DNA of 64,000 bases from Octopus vulgaris. Lineage: Eukaryota. The notes beneath the pieces were generated by a model. The model saw nothing but the letters and a program-made list of their open reading frames with translations. It had not been told where the DNA came from and did not search any database. Shown here in pieces: positions 47,069 through 60,888 of the stretch. Both the position numbers and the translations under genes were made by a program. Numbering within the stretch: position 1 is the stretch's first letter; each line of letters begins with the position of its first letter. The DNA is taken from the NCBI GenBank assembly GCA_951406725.2, contig OX597833.1:63054001-63118000 (forward strand). The letters run 5' to 3'.

Positions 47069-47328
47069 AAATATTTAAGGCTACGAATAAACCAACAGGA
47101 GTTACTAGAAATAACAGTCAAAACATTTAAATATACACGAGCAAAGTTAATATTAAAGTATTTGTCATCAGAATAAATATTTAAAGCTACGAATAAACCA
47201 ACAAGAGGTGCTAGAAATAACAGTCAAAACATTAAAATATACACAAGCAAAGTTAATATCAAAGCATCTGTCACCAGACTAAATATTTAAAGCTACGAAT
47301 AAACCAACAGGAGTTGCTAGAAATAACA
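47069..47328. repeat. About 106-bp tandem repeat, about 2.5 copies
   Basis: aaatatttaa(g/a)gctacgaataaaccaaca at about 47069, 47175 and 47281. Confidence 0.85.
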
Positions 47329-47466
47329 CATTCGAAAACAATTGTAAACAGTGATGAAAACCCACAATATGTATAGGTGTCGATTCGTTCGACTAAAATT
47401 CTTCAATGCGTTGCCCCTACATGGTCGAAGTCCAATGACTGAAACAAGCAAAAGATAAAAGATATA

Positions 47467-48018
47467 TACGAGGTTTGATCAAAAAGTTTTCGGATTGATG
47501 CTATTAAAAGAAAACTACAACACACAGCAATTTATCATTTAATTTCCTTCGAAGTCGTACAATTTATCCAGCGTCGTTTCCATTGGTAGAAGGATTCCTG
47601 GGGCTCCATTTATGGGGGGTAGCCAGGCGTTATCTCATCGCATTTTTTGGATTTGTTCAACATCTTGAAATCTCGTTCCTTTCAAGTGAGATTTGAGTTT
47701 TGCCTTGGTTATGGTGTCATAGCTATAGAGTCACCGATTCCTCTCCTGTTATAACCGTTTTCAACAAGTTTTTCGGCTTCTTCGACACAATCAAGGAGAT
47801 TCTACACAGCTGAAGCCCGATCTTCTTTTCGAGACGACCATCCTCAACACATTTTACTCCGAAGTACTACTATAAACAACAGAGGTGAGCAAGAACGTTA
47901 TAACCTTGCGCACGTGCATGACAGGATTCAAAGTCAATCTGTGTCAAGCAGCTTCACTCTGCATACACTAGCACTGTTACTATAGCAACAGCACCACTAC
48001 TTCTTCATCACACCTCGA
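47467..48018 (-). mobile_element. Degenerate, internally deleted mariner
   Basis: TIRs tacgaggtttgatcaaaaag / cttcttcatcacacctcga; minus-strand fragments LLKTVITGEES and KLKSHLKGTRFQDVEQIQK...FYQWKRRW. Confidence 0.75.
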
Positions 48019-48103
48019 TGCACATATATATATACACATACTCATATACAAACACAAGAATGTAAGTAATTCAAAGAATATATTCGAAATTCAAAGTGAA
48101 ATT

Positions 48104-48161
<58 letters not shown>

Positions 48162-48499
48162 ATTAATAGATGAAACAATTGAAACTTATAATTAAAGCAA
48201 TTATTGAATAATAATTAAAACAATTATTCAACGATAATTGATATTGGTAATTGTCAGCTGATGAATCGCCAATTTGTCAACGTGATATTATGACGAAAAT
48301 TCTTGAGAGCATTTTGACACATTTGAAGTGTTATCAAACCTGTTGCTTTTTGTATGAAATCCTGAAGTATTTGGGGCTTTCTGTAGAAAACTACGTTCTT
48401 AATATGACTCACACAAGTAAAAAAAAAAATAAAAAGAGAAAGAAAGAAAGAAAAGAAAAGAAAATTTGAGGCGCGAAACCAAGGAACCTTACTCCTCGA

Positions 48500-48845
48500 A
48501 TTTGTCTGTCCTTGTTTGTCCCCTCTATGATTAGCCCCTTGTTGGCAGTAAAGAAATAGGTATTTCGTCTGCCGCTACGTTCTGAGTTCAAATTCCGCCG
48601 AGGTTGATTTTGCCTTTCATCCTTTCGGAGTCGATAAATTAAGTACCAGTTACGCACTGGGGTCGATGTAATCGACTTAATCCCTTTGTCTGTCCTTGTT
48701 TATCCCCTCTATGATTAGCCCCTTGTGGGCAGTAAAGAAATAGGTATTTCGTCTGCCGCTACGTTCTGAGTTCAATTTCCGCCGAGGTCGACTTTGCCTG
48801 TCATCCTTTCGGGGTCGATTAAATAACTGGGGGAGGTGGGGGTCA
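48500..48845 (+). mobile_element. SINE family A tandem array (tail + 184-bp headless unit + partial unit)
   Basis: Junction aaagaaata|ggtatttcgtctgcc at 48559 and 48743. Confidence 0.85.
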
Positions 48846-49125
48846 ATGCAGTCCAGCCCACAGACTCACTTTCAGCTTCATGTTTATTGTTATTGGAGCA
48901 ACAGAATACATAAGGGGTCAGTCCGGTGCAAAATATGGCTGAACTTAGGATACTGGGGAGAGAATGCAAGCCCTTAATTCATACCTTACAAATGATCACG
49001 ATATCTGGGACTATAAAAATCTGCAAGACCTTTTCTGATTTAAAGGGTGGTGGTTAAAGGGTGTTACAAAGTGGTGGTGGGGCTATCCAAATTTACTCTA
49101 ACGCCTCGAGAAGGAAGGAAAGGTG

Positions 49126-49160
49126 GTTTAACGTTTCGAGCAAAGCTCTTCTTCAGAAAC
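49126..49160 (-). ncRNA. Minimal type-I hammerhead ribozyme, intact core (pLTR family)
   Basis: GUUU-CUGAAGA-A-GAGC-UUU-GCUC-GAAA-CGU-U-AAAC. Confidence 0.85.
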
Positions 49161-49434
49161 AGAGGAAAGTCCAATAGAAATGGAAGAAAATTACTATTTG
49201 TAAATCCCTGAACGAGTGACATTCAGTAATAACACCGTAGAGCAGTGCTTCTCAAAGTATCTGATGTGGTGTACTGGCAGTTTTTTTCCCAAATTTCTTA
49301 GTAATATTAATTTATACCGGAAACAATATATATAACGAATATAATAAAAGATGATAAGGTTATCAATTATTTATAAATGTATAGCGCAATTATAACGTCT
49401 GCATTAATGTTGTAAATTCATCTTATGGTATAGA

Positions 49435-49541
49435 GACCTGAAGAGTGGCTCTGTATCGTTGGATCGAAGAAATATTAATTTTTGAGATTATCAATTTTGA
49501 TATTGTAGATTTGTATACATAGTCACGAAACGCGCGTCGTC
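49435..49541 (+). ncRNA. Type-I hammerhead ribozyme with long stem-II loop, intact core
   Basis: GAC-CUGAAGA-GUGGCU(C)UGUAU...AUACA(U)AGUCAC-GAAA-CGCGCG-UC-GUC. Confidence 0.85.
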
Positions 49542-49953
49542 GCTTTAATGTGTATTATTTAGTATAGAAATTTTTAGTACAATGTTAATAATGATATATT
49601 TGAATTTATATTTTATTGCAGATAATATCTTTCATTATTAATTCAATTACTTTATGGAGGTTCTGTCTCTTAATTCTATATATATTTAATATATCGTGAA
49701 ATTTGATTTGGTATTACTAAATTAAGTTTGTTTTTCCCCTGTTGTCTTGGAATCTTATATTCCCTACTACTACTAATATATACACAGTTACTGCACAATA
49801 TATGGACTGTATTAAAGAAGTGCTCATTGCGAGTTATATCGATGCATAAGGGAAATTATAGAAGGAACACACCCAGGCAATCAATAAAAATTACGAAGCA
49901 TAATTTTAAACACACAACGAAATAAATATACATTGTGTTCCTTCTATAATTTC

Positions 49954-50038
<85 letters not shown>

Positions 50039-50041
50039 AGG

Positions 50042-50718
<677 letters not shown>

Positions 50719-51079
50719 TTTTGACCCCCACCCTTTACGTACAACATATGAGGGGGTGGGACCGGAGCGAAAGGAACGGTGATGATGGTGGTGGTGGTGG
50801 TGGTGGTGGTGATTGTGTTGGCGTAGTATTTGTAGTAAAGCAGATGGTAGTAAAGATGGCGTCGGTTGGGTGTCGAACGATGACCGTAGTAGGAGCGGTG
50901 GTGGCGGTGGCGGCGGCGGTGGCGGCGGTAGTGGTGTTTGCGAGGTTGCAGATGTTCTGGTGTTAGTGGTGGCGATGGGGATAGGGGTGGCGGCGACGGC
51001 GGCCCTGAGTATGGGGTCGGGGGCAGAGAAAGAATTCCCGATAACGAGCCTTTCTTATAATTACGCTAATGACTGAAGC

Positions 51080-51096
51080 AATAGCAGTAGTAGTAA

Positions 51097-51145
<49 letters not shown>

Positions 51146-51293
51146 TGAAGAAGCAGAAGTAGTAGTGGTAGTAGTAGTAGAAGCAGTAGTAGTAGTGGTA
51201 GTAGCATTGATAGTAGCAGTAGTAGTAGTAGTATCCAGTAGGGATCCAGTAGTAGTAACCGCAGCAGTAGTAGTAGGTTTAGTAGTAGTAGTG

Positions 51294-51332
<39 letters not shown>

Positions 51333-51616
51333 TCCAGTAGGGATCCAGTAGTAGTAACCGTAGTAGTAGTAGTAGGTTTAGTAGTAGTAGGTTTAGTAGT
51401 AGTAGTGGTAGTAGTAGTAGTAGTAGTAGTAGAAGCAGAAGTAGTAGTGGTAGTGGTAGTAGCCCCAGCAGCAGTAGTAGTTTTAGAAATAGTAGTAATG
51501 GTAGTAGTAGTAGTTGTAGTAGTAGAAGCAGAAATAGTGAGAGTAGTAGTGGTAGTAGCAGAAGTAGTAGTATCCAGAAGCGATCCAGTGGTAGTAGCCG
51601 CATCAGCAGCAACAGC

Positions 51617-51660
<44 letters not shown>

Positions 51661-51667
51661 CCGCATC

Positions 51668-51711
<44 letters not shown>

Positions 51712-51730
51712 CCGCATCAGCAGCAACAGC

Positions 51731-51774
<44 letters not shown>

Positions 51775-51793
51775 CCGCATCAGCAGCAACAGC

Positions 51794-51840
<47 letters not shown>

Positions 51841-51970
51841 CAGCAGCAGCAGCAGAAGTAGTAATAAAAGTAGTAGTAGTGGTAGTAGAGGTAGTAGTAG
51901 TAGTAGTAACAGCAGAGACAGTAGTAGTTGTCGCAACAGCAGCAGCAGTAGCAGTAATAGTAGTAGTGGT
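51080..51970. repeat. (GTA)n array with higher-order duplications
   Basis: gtatccagtagggatccagt x2 plus one variant; gccgcatcagcagcaacagc x3. Confidence 0.9.
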
Positions 51971-52600
51971 ACTGTTGCCCCCCCCCACCTCCTGCTGATA
52001 TAGTAAAGTGGTGGTGGTGGTGGTGGTGGTGGTCTTCGAAGAGATGACGGTGGTGGTGGTGGTCTTCGAAGTATGTAGGTTAGGGCAACGCGACTGATGT
52101 CTTCCCTCTTTGCCACGTTCACTCTAGGGTTTGTATGGGGGGGGGAGATGTCCCCTTTATGTAGCTTTTGTCTACAACTGGACCTTATATGTTTGTCAGG
52201 ACAGTAAAGGTGTGTATGTGTGTGTGTATGTGTGTGTGTGTGTGTGTGTTTGTTGTGGTGGTTGGTGAGGAGGGGGGACTTCGGGTTGAGTGATGGTTAC
52301 AGGGTGACTGGGTTGCTGGGGGTCAGGGTGGAAGAGCTGATAGAAAAGGCGCCAAACGCACTGACACTGAAAAGAGGGCACTCGAGATATATGTATATAT
52401 ATAGAGAGAGAGAGACGGAGAGAGAGAGAGAGAGAGAGAGGGAAAGAAAGGGAGAAACAGAAGGAAAAAAAGAGAAAGAGGGAGGGGACAAAAAGGGAGA
52501 AATGGAGAGAGAGAGAGAGAGAGGGAGTGAGATAGAGATAGAGAGAGAGAAAAAAGGAAAAGTGAAGTATTGAGAATAAGAGATAGAGAAAGAGAGAGAA

Positions 52601-52641
<41 letters not shown>

Positions 52642-52818
52642 GTATACATATATATGTGTAGTTTGCTTACCAACCACATGATTCCGGGTTCAGTCGCACT
52701 CCGTGGTACCTTGTGAGTGGATTTGGTAGATGGAAACAGAAAGAAGCCCGTCGTGTATATATATATTATACACACAGACACATACGTATATATATATATA
52801 TTACACACACACACACAT

Positions 52819-52891
<73 letters not shown>

Positions 52892-52946
52892 TACATATAA
52901 GCTAAGTTCAAATGTCTAAAGTCGAAAGACGCCTGCTGTTTTGTCC

Positions 52947-52998
<52 letters not shown>

Positions 52999-53217
52999 GT
53001 CTTTTGTATTTATATTCGTATTATTTTTTGTTTTTTGTATTTATATTCGTGTAACATCGTCCGTTTTTCTGTCCTTGTTTCGTATACATTCGATCCTTTT
53101 TCCAAGAAATCTAATGCTCGTAGCTTAGTTTTTCCTTGGGGCTGGCCAGATCAGAGCAATCTCAAGATTAATCAGCCGAAATTGCGAGGATGATCCGGTT
53201 CTTGACTGAAGATTATG

Positions 53218-53263
<46 letters not shown>

Positions 53264-53282
53264 GTATATATATATATATATA

Positions 53283-53478
53283 TAGGACAAACAAGGACAG
53301 ACAAAGGGATTAAGTCGATTACATCGACCCCGGTGCGTAACTGGTACTTATTTAATCGACCCCAAAAGGATGAAAGGCAAAGTCGACCTCGGCGGAATTT
53401 GAACCCAGAACGTAGCGGCAGACGAAATACCGCTAAGCATTTCGCCCGGCGTGCTAATGATTCTGCCAGCTCGCCGCC
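53283..53478 (-). mobile_element. SINE family A copy
   Basis: Reverse complement of the 55275 copy, 3'-clipped at (TA)n. Confidence 0.88.
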
Positions 53479-53684
53479 TTAACGCCTTATTATATTAGAT
53501 AGATATATAGATAGATAGATAGATAGATAGATTCAGATGAATATGGTACTTTGCTCTACATTTTAAATTGATGTAATGTTTGCATTGTTCAATTAAATGG
53601 AGTCGCCTGAAACGATCGTACTGCATTACCTCTGGATATCCTTGTTGCTTATTTTGATCATATATATAATCTATCTCTATCTCA

Positions 53685-53735
<51 letters not shown>

Positions 53736-53944
53736 TACCCTCATTCCTACAACTAAAAAAATTCTTTATTACTTCAAATTGTTATAGCAGTTAAATACAA
53801 CCATAGTTTGGTCAGTTAGTGGCTGGACTTCACAACCTCATATGTTCTTAAAATTTAAATCAACATCTTTATCTGTATATCTACCTTCTCTAAAACGTTA
53901 CTACTTGATTTGAAAGCTTTTGTATTATTGGAAAACCTATATAA

Positions 53945-54032
53945 TTGGCTGAAGAGCACTCAGCATCTTAAATCTGCTGTAAAATACATACAACTTTTAA
54001 TAAAATGTTGTAGTGCGAAACAATTGTACCAA
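53945..54032 (+). ncRNA. Type-I hammerhead ribozyme with branched stem-II insertion, intact core
   Basis: UUGG-CUGAAGA-GCACU-[51 nt]-AGUGC-GAAA-CAAUUG-UA-CCAA, within a repeat at about 53745-54065. Confidence 0.88.
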
Positions 54033-54076
54033 ATTACCGGAGTCATTCTTGTTGCTTATTTTTGTATATATATATT

Positions 54077-54478
54077 TCTCTTTTTCTCTTTTACTTGTTT
54101 CAGTCATTTGACTGCGGCCATGCTGGAGCACCGCCTTTAATCGAGCAACTCGACCCCGGGACTTATTCTTTGTAAGCCCAGTACTTATTCTATCGGTCTC
54201 TTTTTTGCCGAACCGCTAAGTGACGGGGACGTAAACACACCAGCATCGGTTGTCAAGCGATGCTAGGGGGACAAACACAAACACACAAACACACACACAT
54301 ATATGTATACATATATACGACAGGCTTCTTTCAGTTTCCGTCTACCAAATCCACTCACAAGGCATTGGTCGGCCCGGGGCTATAGCAGAAGACAGTTGCC
54401 CAAGATGCCACGCAGTGGGACTGAACCCGGAACCATGTGGTTGATTAGCAAGCTACTTACCACACAGCAACTCCTGCG

Positions 54479-54480
<2 letters not shown>
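54077..54480 (-). mobile_element. SINE family B, full length
   Basis: Reverse complement of the 35991 copy. Confidence 0.9.
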
Positions 54481-54528
<48 letters not shown>

Positions 54529-55274
54529 GCACACACACACACACACACACATGCGTCACACTCGGTCTTCAATAAACACACAAAAGAAAACTATCGTTAA
54601 TGTAAAAGCCTCACGATTCACTGGAAAATGTAAAATGTTGAAATATGTTTATCATAACACATAACAGCACCACGGAACTTGCTGTTTTTGTTTGACCGAT
54701 CGGAACGCATTTTCAAGAATGAATAATGATTGTCTGTCAGCGAAGATGGTAAATAGCAATGATATATGAATATATGGAATGAGATTTATGTACAACTGAG
54801 AGTTATAACATATTGTTCTTTCTTTCTCTCTTTTAAAAGAAGAAAAAAAAAAACACCTTAATTGCCAACTGAGAGAATTACATCATACATACCTTAGACA
54901 TTTAAGACATACAAGCATTATTTATTGATAGCGTGCAAACACTATTGTGCTCTACGCAACAACTGGTTGTTAAATATTTCAGTCATGTTTAGTTTATATT
55001 CTCTTAACGGTTAATATATAAATGCATCAATCTAGAGAATTTATTTAAAACCATCTATTTCTTTAACGCTTTAATATAATCATCCGTTTCGTAATCCGGA
55101 GACAAATAGGAACCGTTGATAGAATAAACCGCGTTACGTTCCTTTACAATTTTTAAACGTACATTTCGTTTCGAAGTTAACGTCTTTTTTACCTTCTTAG
55201 TTTTGGACATGAAACAACTGAATATTTTTAAAGTTTGGGTAAGAAATAAACGGTTCTGATGCGATAATTTTGAA

Positions 55275-55506
55275 GGCGGAGAGCTGGCAGAAACGTTAGC
55301 ACGCCGGGCGAAATGCTTAACAGTATTTCGCTTGTCGTTACGTTGTGAGTTCAAATTCCGCCGAGGTTGACTTTGCCTCTCATCCTTTCGGGGTCGATTA
55401 AATAAGTACCAGTTATGCACTGGGGATCGATGTAATCGACTTAATACCTATGTCTGTCCTTGTTTGTCCCCTTTATGTTTAGCCCCTTGTGGGTAATAAA
55501 GAAATA
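55275..55506 (+). mobile_element. SINE family A, full-length monomer with 18-bp target-site duplication
   Basis: ggttctgatgcgataatt at 55252-55269 and at 55507-55524. Confidence 0.92.
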
Positions 55507-55574
55507 GGTTCTGATGCGATAATTCACGCTTACATACACACAATTGCACTAACAACTAAATTTAATATATCCCC

Positions 55575-55655
55575 ACGTGCATTTGGCGTAGTGGTTAAGA
55601 ACGAGGGGCTACTAACCCGAAGATTCCGAGTTCGATTGCAGGCAGTGAGCTGAAT
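55575..55655 (+). mobile_element. tRNA-like SINE head / tRNA-derived fragment
   Basis: A box TGGCGTAGTGG, B box GAGTTCGATT. Confidence 0.5.
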
Positions 55656-55702
55656 AAGAAGAATAAGAATATTATTATTAGTATTATTATTGTTATTATA
55701 AG

Positions 55703-55832
55703 TCAAAGTCTCTCTTGACCAGAAATGGCCTGAACTCTTTGCATGAACACCCTCCCTTTACATAACTCCATGTCCCTCCTACATGGCCTTGCTTTTTGCT
55801 TTTTGAGCCAAAAAATTAACTTAACTTAACTA
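55703..55832 (+). mobile_element. CR1 3' terminus (same family as 3727-4093) with (AACTT)n tail
   Basis: KVSLDQKWPELFA* continues the 3727 ORF and supplies the ~55 bp deleted in that copy. Confidence 0.8.
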
Positions 55833-56009
55833 TTATTGAGCGTCATATTGAGTTAATAACGTTATTAAAATAAATTTCAAGATTTTGTAAGTTTCACTGT
55901 ATCGTGTTGTATTTATTAACAATGGCTTTATACACAAAGTTCTGTTACGGAATAAATGAATGAAGCGTGTGTGTGTGTGTGTGTGGGGGAAACAAATATA
56001 AGCTTCAAC

Positions 56010-56250
56010 AATGACAAGGAGGACAGAATCATACATAATTCGAAAGAATACTGTCGAAATGTCCCTGTCAAGACTTCATTAAAATACGAGACTATCAGAG
56101 CAGACGTATTCATCTGGGACAGAGAAGAGAAAAGAAACTGTTGCCAGTCTTTGAAATCGGCTGTCCAGCAGATGTTCATCTAATATTAAAGTTTAGGGAA
56201 AGACAGAATATCTACGCAGAAATGATGAGAAGTATTATAATGGCAAGAGT
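56010..56250 (+). mobile_element. Degenerate R4-like RLE endonuclease fragment
   Basis: HNSKEYCRNVPVKTS...RADVFIWDREEK...FEIGCPADV...ERQNIYAEMMR resembles the RPD-x-E-x-KY RLE signature. Confidence 0.6.
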
Positions 56251-56577
56251 TTCCAATGTGAGATGACACCGTCGCTAAAACAATATACAATGCTGTCCGA
56301 AAACTGAGAAAACTGTAGTGGACAAAGGGTAAAGATCCCCTTCGGTCATGAATGACCTCGGGATTGCGGCTAGAAAGTCCCCCCCCCCCCGAGGCACAAG
56401 TTCAGGTAAGGTTGTTTATGAAAGACCAGCAGTTGTCTTCACTTCACGTTCTGGGTTCAAATTCTGCCGAGATCGACTTTTGCCTTTCATCCTTTCGCGA
56501 GTCGATAAATTAAGTACCAGTTGCATACTGGGGTCGATCTTATCGACTGCCTCCCCAACCCCAACCCCCAGCCTCTG

Positions 56578-57025
56578 TCCAAAAAGTTTCGGGCCTTGTG
56601 CCTAGACTAGAAAATAAATTATCATTTTTCCAACTTCCCAACACGAGACAAACTCGATATCAGTATCAACGACTGACGAATGATATTTTAAAATTTATTT
56701 ATATTTGGAATTTACATGACTCGAATCATGGAATTCTCTTGTGGCTTCAGAATTCTTCCTTCTCCAAAGTTCACTACGTAAACATTTTGCTTTGCACCCC
56801 CCCCCGCTTCTGCCCAAAAGTTTCGGGCCTTGTGCCTAGACTAGAAAATTAAAATATCATTTTCCAACTTCCCAGCACGAGACAGCTCGATATCAGTATC
56901 AACGACTGACGAATGATATTTTAAAATATATTTATATTTGGAATTTACATGACTCGAATCATGGAATTCTCTTGTGGCTTCAGAATTCTTCCTTCTCCAA
57001 AGTTCACTACGTAAACATTTTGCTT
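56578..57025. repeat. 234-bp tandem duplication starting in a SINE A tail
   Basis: gtttcgggccttgtgcctagactag at 56586 and 56820; near-identical through aacattttgctt. Confidence 0.9.
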
Positions 57026-57388
57026 ATGTAACCAAGTGAACTAATAAAGATTTCATGTAGGAATCTGAGCGTAAAATCGGAGTACAATGGCGGCAGTGTG
57101 TGCATTATATAACTGCAGGTATTTCGCTTTTTTTACCTCCCTCCCTCTGATATCTGCATAAAAATTCTAGATTATTTACTTCCACATCGACAGGTATGGT
57201 GTATTTTTGTTCTTCTTTCTTTCCTTGTGACAATATCTACTGTCTTATGCATGATTTGAAAGATTTTACTTAGATTTTCTGCCAATATGGAAGCAAGGGT
57301 ACAAATGCAAATGTATGTATGTATATATATATATGCATACATACGTATATGTATATGTATATATATATATATATTATATATATATATA

Positions 57389-57448
57389 TATATTTATACT
57401 CAAGGCAATATATGTACATACATATACCAATTTACGTGTACACATACA

Positions 57449-57483
<35 letters not shown>

Positions 57484-57563
57484 GTATATGTATATGTATC
57501 ATCATCATCATCATCGACGCTAAACGATGATGATGATGATGATGATGATACATATACATATAC

Positions 57564-57598
<35 letters not shown>

Positions 57599-57658
57599 TG
57601 TATGTGTACACGTAAATTGGTATATGTATGTACATATATTGCCTTGAGTATAAATATA
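57389..57658. repeat. Long inverted repeat (~130-bp arms, 8-nt loop)
   Basis: 57389-57516 vs 57525-57658, including non-repetitive ctcaaggcaat...ccaatttacgtg. Confidence 0.92.
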
Positions 57659-57659
57659 A

Positions 57660-58064
<405 letters not shown>

Positions 58065-58282
58065 GTGTGTGTTTACTGATATTTTAAAAGAAAATAACAA
58101 ACTAATGCAGCCAAGGAGAGGTTTGTAATCTCCCTTCGGGGTGGAGGTGAGGGGGTGGGTGGGTGAAAAATAATTGTTGGGAATACCTGCAACAGAGCGG
58201 GGTAAAGAAACGCGGAAACGAAACATACTGTAAGCCTACATTAGCAAAATAACTCTCATGAAACAACAATAACACCAACACC

Positions 58283-58331
<49 letters not shown>

Positions 58332-58400
58332 GTAGTAGTAATAATAATAATAATAATAATAACAACAACAACAATAATGATAAAAATAATGATAATAACG

Positions 58401-58448
<48 letters not shown>

Positions 58449-58546
58449 GTAATAATAATAATAATAACAACAACAACAATAATGATAAAAATAATGATAA
58501 TAACAAAAATAATGATGATAATAATAATAATAACAATAATAATAAC

Positions 58547-58589
<43 letters not shown>

Positions 58590-58591
58590 TA

Positions 58592-58850
58592 ATAGAGGTA
58601 ACTAGAATGTGGAACCTGAAAACAGAAACAATTCCTATCATAGTAGGTGCATTAGGCAAAAACACCAGGACTTACAAACACATATAACATACAGAAAATT
58701 GCACTACTAGGCACTGCACACATCCTACGCAGAACACTTTCCATACAATAACCATCAGAGCATCACAACAAATCACAGCACATACCCAAGGCACACAGAG
58801 CTGCGCTCGGTAGTGAAGTGAAAGCACGCTATAAAAATAAAACTACTGAA
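58592..58850 (+). mobile_element. R4/Dong-like LINE 3' end inside (TAA)n
   Basis: IEVTRMWNLKTETIPIIVGALG / NIQKIALLGTAHILRRTLSIQ*; TAA repeats on both sides. Confidence 0.88.
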
Positions 58851-58879
58851 TAATGATAATAATAATAATAATCATAAAC

Positions 58880-59266
58880 TTTTCTACTTTACGCAGAAGG
58901 CCCGAAATTTTCGGGGAAACGCCAGTCGGTGAGATCGACCCCAGTACGAGACTGGTACTTAATTTATCGACCCCGAAAGGATGAAAGGGGTCCTCGGCAG
59001 AATTTGAACTGAGAACGTAAAGACAGACGAAATACCTGTTTCTTTATTACCCACAAGGGGTAAACATAGAGGGGACAAACAAGGACAGACAAACAGATTA
59101 AGTCGATTATATCGACCCCAGTGCGTAACTGGTACTTATTTAATCGACCCCGAATGGATGAAGAGCAAAGTCGACCTCGACGGAATTTGAACTCAGAACA
59201 TAGCGGCAGACGAAATACGACTACGCATTTCGCCCGGCGTGTTAACGTTTCTGCCAGCTCGCCGCC
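58880..59266 (-). mobile_element. SINE family A dimer
   Basis: Full unit at 59037-59266 followed by a headless unit starting GGTATTTCG at 59036. Confidence 0.88.
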
Positions 59267-59285
59267 TTAGAAACCACATTAACGC

Positions 59286-59361
59286 CTCCCCGGCGGGTAG
59301 TCGAATCCCGTTCTTCCGCATGACAGGCGGGGTGGGGTACATACCGCTATACTACCGAGGA
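59286..59361 (-). pseudogene. tRNA-Asp(GTC) pseudogene
   Basis: TCCTCGGTAGTATAGCGGT...CCCCGCCT-GTC-ATGCGG...GGGATTCGACTACCCGCCGGGGAG is collinear with eukaryotic tRNA-Asp, but has a ~5-nt insertion before the anticodon stem and T-arm substitutions. Confidence 0.8.
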
Positions 59362-59411
59362 TAATAATAATGATAATGATAATTATTTCTTTTTGGGGCT
59401 ACAAAGGCCTG

Positions 59412-59613
59412 ATGTGGGTAGTAAAGAAATAGGTATTTCGTCTGCCGTTGCATTCTGAGTTCAAATTCCGCCGAGGTTGACTTTTCCTTTCATCCTTTCG
59501 GGGTCGATTAAATAAGTACCAGTTACGCACTGGGGTCGATATAATCGACTTAATCCGTTTGTCTGTCCTTGTTGTCCTCTCTAGGTTTAGCCCCATGTGG
59601 GCAGTAAAGAAAT
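59412..59613 (+). mobile_element. SINE family A headless unit preceded by a tail fragment
   Basis: Junction aaagaaata|ggtatttcg at 59432. Confidence 0.85.
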
Positions 59614-59735
59614 AATTATTTACGGACGATATTGTTTTTGGGACGCGAAAACCAAATTCGTTTTCTTCAAAGATGCACCGTTTCAGAACCCTTTTGAGCT
59701 ACACATACATAACCATACACACTCGCATTTATAGA

Positions 59736-59787
<52 letters not shown>

Positions 59788-59818
59788 ATATATAATCAAC
59801 AAGAATGACTCCGGTAAT

Positions 59819-59904
59819 TTGGTACAATCGTTTCGTACTACATCATTTTATTAAATGTTGTTAGTATTACAACAGATTTAAGATGCTGAGTACTCTTCAG
59901 CCAA
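59819..59904 (-). ncRNA. Type-I hammerhead ribozyme (53945 family), intact core
   Basis: UUGG-CUGAAGA-GUACU-[insert]-AGUAC-GAAA-CGAUUG-UA-CCAA. Confidence 0.88.
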
Positions 59905-60452
59905 TTATAGAGGCTTTCCATTAATACAAAAGTTTTCAAATCAAGTGGCAACATTATAGAGAAGGTAGATATACAGACAAAGATGTAGATTTAAATTTTA
60001 AGAATATATGAGGTAGTGAAGTCCTTCTGCTGACTGACCAAGATATGGCTGTTCCTAAACTGCTATAAAGTTAGAAGCAATAAAGATTTTTTTAATTGTA
60101 AAAATGGGGTAAAGGAGGTTTCAGAATACCATAAAAGGAATTCATGTTGAAGACAGCAGTTGCCACTAACAAATGCCAATTACTACTATTTGGTGAGAGA
60201 AACTAGGTCAATGTCAAATGGTCATTAATGCCATTTACAGAGAGTGTAATTTAGAGAAAAAAAGGGAAAACCTATCAATAAATGATAGGTTTTTCCCTTT
60301 TTTCTCTAAATTACATTTTTATGGTATTCTGAAACCTCCTTTACTCCATATATTCTTAAAATTCACATATACATCTTTGTCTGTATATCTACCTTCTCTA
60401 TAATGTTGCCACTTGATTTGAAAACTTTTGTATTAATGGAAAACCTCTATAA

Positions 60453-60538
60453 TTGGCTGATGAGTACTCAGCATCTTAAATATGTTGTAATACTTACAAC
60501 ATTTAATAAAATGATGAAGTACGAAACGATTGTACCAA
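60453..60538 (+). ncRNA. Type-I hammerhead ribozyme (53945 family), intact core
   Basis: UUGG-CUGAUGA-GUACU-[insert]-AGUAC-GAAA-CGAUUG-UA-CCAA. Confidence 0.88.
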
Positions 60539-60671
60539 ATTACCGGAGTCATTCTTGTTGCTTATTTTGATTATAATCACCCCAGAAATTTTTATGGATA
60601 ACACCATACAAAATTATTCTGGTGCATCTAAATTAAGTATCATATTCATTCGAATCTAAATTTTTGCTGAA

Positions 60672-60747
<76 letters not shown>

Positions 60748-60856
60748 CATACATGTATGTATGTACAAACAGGAGAGATAAATATTCATTGTTTTATGAA
60801 TGTTGACAATGACCTCGAAGTTTTGCTAAATATTAGCTTTTCAAATGGAATATGTA

Positions 60857-60888
<32 letters not shown>

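Noticed and set aside
47069-47328. CRISPR-like regular repeats
   Set aside because: Eukaryotic context; the 'spacers' are themselves repeated, so it is an ordinary tandem repeat.
48258-48305. CUGAUGA...GACGAAAAUUC possible hammerhead
   Set aside because: Stem II cannot close adjacent to both core halves; ambiguous.
50963-52122. Thr-rich mucin-like ORF (TTTGSLLDTTT repeats)
   Set aside because: (GTA)n microsatellite with local duplications; open in three frames; no signal peptide or convincing splice context seen.
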